IMG/VR virus record: IMGVR_UViG_3300013121_000043
Length of the DNA: 60,303 nt
Source: an uncultured virus (IMG/VR IMGVR_UViG_3300013121_000043)
Taxonomy: Duplodnaviria > Heunggongvirae > Uroviricota > Caudoviricetes
Strand: one strand, 5' to 3'
The notes under the pieces were generated by a model that worked only from the letters and a program-made list of their open reading frames with translations, had not been told where the DNA came from and ran no database searches. The translations under genes and the position numbers were made by a program. Positions 55,274 through 60,303 of the stretch are shown piece by piece. Position 1 is the first letter of the stretch. Each line of letters begins with the position of its first letter.

Positions 55274-58200
55274 ATGGCCATCTCGCTCACGTCGCAAGCC
55301 ACCGCCTTTGCCGAGGCCAACCTGGCCATTACCTCGTCCGTCATGACGCCCCTGCGTCCTCACCTGACCGGCGGGCATGCCCGGCTGTTTCGCTACGACG
55401 ACAGCAGCGAAAAACCGCTGATCTCCCTGGGAGAGTATGACAAGGACAACGATACCACCTACGACTGGCCCAACCTACCCGCGACCGGTCTGGTGGATCT
55501 TTCCTACGTCAAGCTCTACGGGGAAAATGTCCTCCTGCGCTACTTCTCCGACGCCATCGGCGCGGGAGATACCTTTGCCAAGGTCACGGGCTACAGCAAC
55601 CGTGTCAAGGCAACCACCACGGTGTTTCAGAGCAATAGCTACGCCAGCCGTACCGCCCTGTTTTATGACCGGGATGTGGCGATCGGCGATGCCGTCTATC
55701 TGACCAACGGCTCGGTGGAGCTGTGGACCAAGGTCACCGGCCTGATCCCCAATGTCGTCGCGGCCAGCGTCGCTGCCGCCACCAGCGGTAGTGGCAACGC
55801 CGGCACCCAGAGTGCCTCCTCGTCCATCAACCAGACGGCGGGTACCAGCAACGACGTCTCGGCCAGCGCCAGCATCGCCGCCTACCGCGGTTTCAAGGAC
55901 GGTAGCATCAATGAAACCTACACGATCACCGTGACCCAGGGAGCCACCACGCCCGGGGACGCCACCTCGGCGATCCTGTCGGTCACCAGCGCCTCGGGTC
56001 TGGACAACCAGGCCAGTGTGGTTCCAGCCATCTACGGTCGACCCACGCGCATCGGGACTCGCGGAGCCACGGTCACCTTCACCCGGACCAGTGACGATCT
56101 GATCGCCGGGCAGGTGTGGACCTTGACCATTGCCCAGGCGTTCACGGCGGTCACCGGTACCTCCGGTGGGACCTTCACCGGACCTCGCGACCTGACCTAC
56201 CTGGTCACCATCACCCGCGGTGGTGTGGCCGGAGCCGCCTCGCCCCTGGCCAACCCCAGCACCCAGGCCACGGTCAATGTCACCGGCGGCGGTGCCGGTG
56301 GTAGCCTTCCCGCCGGCGATTACTACGTCAGCTACACCTGGAACAGTACCGAGGGTGAGACCACGGCCGGTACCTCCCAGAGTGCCCAGTTCACGGCCAC
56401 GGGGACCGATATCCCCCGGGTGACCATTCCCGCCCTGCCCACGGGAGCCACCTCGGCTAACATCTACCTGACCGACACGGGTGGAGCCACGGGAACAGGA
56501 CGTCTCTATCGACGTAACGTCACCACGACCACGGTGGATCTGGATCTGGCCAGCTACGACGGCGGCACCTTTGCCAACAGCATCGTGGCTCCGACCAGCA
56601 GCACGGCGACAACCCTGGCCCCACAGATCACGGCGGTGGACACCACCGGCTTTGACGCGTCAGGTCCCACCAGTGTGGGGGGTGGACTGTCGGTGAACGT
56701 CGGCAGCTACGGTGTCACCCTGACCTTCTCCGGAGCGGCCCTGCGTGCCGGCGATACCTACCAGATCGTCGCCACGGCAACCTCCGACGGGGCGGTCCAG
56801 ACCCTGGTACTCCGCGACAACCTTCCCTCGGCGCTTCTGGCCGCTGTCGATCTCACACTCAAACTGTACATCGAAACCGATCTGGTCCTGCCGGAAAAGC
56901 GGCTGGACTCTCCTCCGGATGTCAACTACGTGGCGATCCGGGAATCCCTGACCGTCAACGGTGGCATGACTGCCTTTGACAGTAGCTACACCAACGGCGG
57001 TGTCCCCGTGGCGCTGCCGGTGGAATACGCCGAGCTCTACGCCCACTACCGGGTCTGGCTGCCCGAGCATACCGGAGCCGTGACCTTCCTGGACGATGCT
57101 GCTGACATCCCGGCCCTTCTGGGCACCATCCATCCGGATAACCCCCTGGCCTATGCCGCGAGCAAGGCCCTGGCGTCCAGCAACGGCTACGGACTGTACT
57201 TCACCGCTGTGGCCGATCCGGAGAACCACGACGACTGGCTCGAGGTATTGACCATTCTCGACCGTCTGGAAGATGTCTTTGGCCTGGTCCCCCTGACCAC
57301 GGATCAAACCATCATCGATGCCTGGATCGCCCATGCGGAGGCCCAGTCCAGCGACGACATCTCCTGTCCCCGCATGGTCTGGTCGGTCCTGCCCCTGGAA
57401 GAGACCTACGTCCTGGTGGACGCCACCACGACCAGCGACGAGGAGGTGGCGGTTGCCACCCTCACCGACAACCCCGATGCCGCTGGCACCCAGTACACCC
57501 TGCTGACCTGCACCAGCGGCAACGCCAAGTTCCTGACCAACGGCATCCGTGCCGGGGACGAGGTGCGCTACCTGTACGGAATCGATGCCTTCGGCGAGAC
57601 GACCTACAGCAGCTTCCTGGTGCTACAGGTGATCAACGAGGACGAACTCCTGCTGCAGGCAGGACATACCGCAGCCGTCAACGTGGCGCAGCGGTTCGAG
57701 ATCTGGCGCAGTCACACTCGCACGGAGCTGGCCAGCTCGCTGGCTGACTTCATCACGGCGCGCAGCAGCGCCTACTGGTTGCCCCTGGCCCACGCCGAGG
57801 TGTACGACGGCGACTGGACCGTTCCTGGCTACTACCTGCTGGCCGAGCTGGCAGCCCTGGCTGGCGGCGTGGCCCCGCAGCAGACCCTGCGGCACATGGA
57901 AATCCTCGGCTTCGACGGGATCGCCTATCCGTTTAACAACGGTCAGCTCAACACCCTGGAAGCCGCCGGTGCCGTCACCCTGGCCAGTAACAGCAGCGGC
58001 CAGCTCTATGTCCGCCGGGCGCGCACCGCCGATCAGAGCAGCCCGGATACCGCCGAGGAATCGGCCATGCGCCTGCTGTCGGCCATCAAGCTCGCGGCCG
58101 CCGGCGAGATCCGTCAGCACGTCGGTCGAGCCAACGTGGCCGGCGAGGACCAGGGCGCGGTCCCCCTGCTGCGCACCCGACTGCAGTACCTGATTGAACG

Positions 58201-58375
58201 ACTGCAGCGCCTGTCGATCGATGGTCTGGGGTCGATCGTTCTGGCCGGCAGTACCGTGGACACCGTCCGTCCTGTGGTCGGCGCTCCCGACCAGGTTCTG
58301 GTTCAACTCACCATCAACCGTCCCTACGCACTGGGGAAAACCACGCTTCTCATCGTCGTCGGCGGCGGCAGCTAA
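55274..58375 (+). CDS. Contractile tail sheath protein with large beta-rich insertions
   Basis: About 1033 aa. C-terminal sheath core (HPDNPLA, GLVPLT, VPGYYL.A.LA.L.GG..PQQ.L, FN..QLN.L...G, ending in a beta hairpin); followed by a tube-like gene. Confidence 0.75.
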   Translation: MAISLTSQATAFAEANLAITSSVMTPLRPHLTGGHARLFRYDDSSEKPLISLGEYDKDNDTTYDWPNLPATGLVDLSYVKLYGENVLLRYFSDAIGAGDTFAKVTGYSNRVKATTTVFQSNSYASRTALFYDRDVAIGDAVYLTNGSVELWTKVTGLIPNVVAASVAAATSGSGNAGTQSASSSINQTAGTSNDVSASASIAAYRGFKDGSINETYTITVTQGATTPGDATSAILSVTSASGLDNQASVVPAIYGRPTRIGTRGATVTFTRTSDDLIAGQVWTLTIAQAFTAVTGTSGGTFTGPRDLTYLVTITRGGVAGAASPLANPSTQATVNVTGGGAGGSLPAGDYYVSYTWNSTEGETTAGTSQSAQFTATGTDIPRVTIPALPTGATSANIYLTDTGGATGTGRLYRRNVTTTTVDLDLASYDGGTFANSIVAPTSSTATTLAPQITAVDTTGFDASGPTSVGGGLSVNVGSYGVTLTFSGAALRAGDTYQIVATATSDGAVQTLVLRDNLPSALLAAVDLTLKLYIETDLVLPEKRLDSPPDVNYVAIRESLTVNGGMTAFDSSYTNGGVPVALPVEYAELYAHYRVWLPEHTGAVTFLDDAADIPALLGTIHPDNPLAYAASKALASSNGYGLYFTAVADPENHDDWLEVLTILDRLEDVFGLVPLTTDQTIIDAWIAHAEAQSSDDISCPRMVWSVLPLEETYVLVDATTTSDEEVAVATLTDNPDAAGTQYTLLTCTSGNAKFLTNGIRAGDEVRYLYGIDAFGETTYSSFLVLQVINEDELLLQAGHTAAVNVAQRFEIWRSHTRTELASSLADFITARSSAYWLPLAHAEVYDGDWTVPGYYLLAELAALAGGVAPQQTLRHMEILGFDGIAYPFNNGQLNTLEAAGAVTLASNSSGQLYVRRARTADQSSPDTAEESAMRLLSAIKLAAAGEIRQHVGRANVAGEDQGAVPLLRTRLQYLIERLQRLSIDGLGSIVLAGSTVDTVRPVVGAPDQVLVQLTINRPYALGKTTLLIVVGGGS

Positions 58376-58402
58376 GCCGTCGTTTTTCAGGAGACTGCGC
58401 CC

Positions 58403-58876
58403 ATGGCAGATGTATTCGGTCGTACAGAGATGGCAGTGGGTGGAGCCATGAGCTCGGACACCACCTCCGTGGCGTTCCTGAATGTGGACGACGCCGGCGT
58501 GGGGTTCGTGGACACCGGGCTTCTGGCCCAGTCCATCCAGTATGGCTATCAGCAGCCGATCAGTCGTATCTACGAGATCTCCTCCAACCTGATCTACTAC
58601 GTGGCCGGTCGGCCCCGGGGTGAGGGGACCATGCAGAGTGTGCTCGGTCCCAAGCCGACCACAGCGGCCTGGTTCCAGCGCTATGGCAACGTCTGCCTGG
58701 CCTGGTCCAACGCCTTTGTCTTCACCGGCCTGGCCGGCTGCCAGGGCGGGATCGGCGACCTGATGTACGTCCTGATCGGTGTCATCCTGCTATCGGTCAG
58801 TGACTCCGTTCAGGCCGAGCAGATGATGATCTCAGAAAACATCCAGTACATGTTTGCCTCCCTCAGCAAGACCTGA
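58403..58876 (+). CDS. Tail tube protein
   Basis: 157 aa; QSIQYGYQQPISRIYEI...YYVAGR..G motif; follows the sheath gene. Confidence 0.7.
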   Translation: MADVFGRTEMAVGGAMSSDTTSVAFLNVDDAGVGFVDTGLLAQSIQYGYQQPISRIYEISSNLIYYVAGRPRGEGTMQSVLGPKPTTAAWFQRYGNVCLAWSNAFVFTGLAGCQGGIGDLMYVLIGVILLSVSDSVQAEQMMISENIQYMFASLSKT

Positions 58877-58910
58877 GATTTCCCACGTTCCACCCTCGGC
58901 CCCGGATCGC

Positions 58911-58924
58911 GTTAAACTACAAAT
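58911..58924 (+). promoter_or_regulatory. Putative late-type promoter within a hairpin
   Basis: GTTAAACTACAAAT enclosed by CCCCGGATC...GATCCGGGG. Confidence 0.5.
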
Positions 58925-58955
58925 AACGGATCCGGGGTCACTTTTTTAGGTTGGT

Positions 58956-60303
58956 ATGGACAATCCCGTACTGGTGCAGCAGGCGCGGTTTACCGCCGCC
59001 ACCAACAGTAGCGTACCCGCCCAGCTGGGGCACGGTCAGGACACCGAGCACACGCGCGGCAGCCACATGACCGACCTGGCCGGGAACTTCTATGGGCTGG
59101 TCCAGGGACGTATTGTTGACAATACCAGCTACTACCACAACTACCGTGTCAGCCTGGACATGGGGCTGGGGATCGTCCGCGGTGTGTTGCTACATCCCAG
59201 CGCCGTCGGCATCACCGGGGCCCGCGGTAGTCACGTCCTGCCTGCCAACACCCGGGTGCTCTGTGCCTACCTCAGCGGTACCGACGAGGCGCTGATCCTG
59301 GCCACCCTGCCCGATCTGATCGTCAACCCCTACGACGGCTTCTCTGACCAGGTAGTCCCGGCCAGTCGTGTCGGGCTGAACGTCGACTGGCACCAGCAGG
59401 GACCGCTGATCCAGGATGGGGCCGGAGCCCTGGATTACTCGGCAGGACGACCTGCGGATGCCCTGGCGGGAGACGCGGGCTTTGCCACGGAGACGGGCCT
59501 GGGCTGTCATGTGGATCCGTTCCTGGTCTATCTGCGCGTCAACGAAGAGACAGGTGTTTTTGGCTTCTACCATGACTCCCTGCTTCGCGTCACTGGACAC
59601 AACCTGGAGCTGACCAGCAGCGGGGCCGAGCGCATCGACAGTAACGACTTTCTGCGCGTCAGCTCCGAGGAGGGGTTTGCCCTGTACCAGTGGGAGACGG
59701 CCGGTGTCCTCAACCCCCTGATCACACCGTTTCGTCAGCACACGCCCGAGCAGGTCCAGGGACAGGCTCCGTATTACTACTACTGGGAGCCGCTGTACGA
59801 CGATCAGCAGTCGTTTTATCGCTTTCTCCGCTACCACGGCTTCCTGGCAGGCGGGGGCCAAAAACAACTGCTCCAGAGCTGGGGCAACCAGACCGGGCCG
59901 CTGCGCTACAGCCAGGACGCGGTCCTGCCGGGACTGTTTGAGCAGCAGACCTTCCTGAGCGGCAAGCACCTGCTGCGCTCCGCCGGCGGTATCATTCTGG
60001 CCAAACAGCAGCGTCTGATCTCTCCCAAGCGTCGCCGACCGGCCCTGTCCGACCAGAAGAGTGTACCGGCCGCCACCCTGTACAAGGAGCTGGTCTTTGG
60101 CCCGCCCGGGGGTCCGGACAACATTGCGCCAGCACCGTTTTTACGCTGTGCCACCGCCCTGGACCAGCTGGTCTACCAGGCCAACTACGAGGGGCTGCAA
60201 CCGTTCTGGGAGCAGCCGACCAGCTGGTATGTGCCCGAGGAGAGCCACGCCGAGATGGCGGCCGACGAGATTCCCGACTTTACCCTGCTTGATGGTAGCT
60301 ACA
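58956..60303 (+). CDS. Partial baseplate hub/spike-like protein (runs off the window end)
   Basis: Frame opens at ATG 58956 (MDNPVLVQQ...GRIVD...YRV...LPANTRVLC, OB-fold-like). I found no stop before the end; absent from the ORF track. Confidence 0.55.
   Translation, partial: MDNPVLVQQARFTAATNSSVPAQLGHGQDTEHTRGSHMTDLAGNFYGLVQGRIVDNTSYYHNYRVSLDMGLGIVRGVLLHPSAVGITGARGSHVLPANTRVLCAYLSGTDEALILATLPDLIVNPYDGFSDQVVPASRVGLNVDWHQQGPLIQDGAGALDYSAGRPADALAGDAGFATETGLGCHVDPFLVYLRVNEETGVFGFYHDSLLRVTGHNLELTSSGAERIDSNDFLRVSSEEGFALYQWETAGVLNPLITPFRQHTPEQVQGQAPYYYYWEPLYDDQQSFYRFLRYHGFLAGGGQKQLLQSWGNQTGPLRYSQDAVLPGLFEQQTFLSGKHLLRSAGGIILAKQQRLISPKRRRPALSDQKSVPAATLYKELVFGPPGGPDNIAPAPFLRCATALDQLVYQANYEGLQPFWEQPTSWYVPEESHAEMAADEIPDFTLLDGSY

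Noticed and set aside
1..60303. CRISPR array, rRNA, IS transposase, terminase or portal genes
   Set aside because: No regularly spaced repeat-spacer array and no recognisable motifs for these. A divergent portal among the unassigned head genes cannot be excluded.

Overview
The window is a segment of a large, GC-rich, contractile-tailed dsDNA phage genome. The host is probably a planctomycete, judged from a Gemmataceae-type domain, a planctomycete-style RimI and a planctomycete-like small protein. It begins with a tyrosine integrase next to an attP-like region. It then runs almost entirely on the + strand through a head/virion module, which contains many Gly-zipper and Pro-rich proteins, an ART-like/SNF2 fusion, a 2H phosphoesterase and a phage-encoded multisubunit RNA polymerase (beta fused to the N-half of beta', with the C-half of beta' as a separate gene). 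The module continues with an intein-interrupted prohead protease, scaffold, decoration and major capsid genes, lectin-repeat spike/fibre genes, neck, sheath, tube and a partial baseplate-spike gene. The most unusual signal is five discrete cassettes interspersed in this backbone. Each starts with an exactly spaced TAAA-N16-GGCAATA motif, ends in a hairpin plus TTTAGC(T/C)ATC (the inverted copy of the left end), and is tiled inside by back-to-back hairpins; one has no ORF. A second motif, GTTANACT, precedes backbone genes, and a recurrent K-x-A motif marks probable protease-processed head proteins. All calls come from reading motifs by eye; no searches were run.
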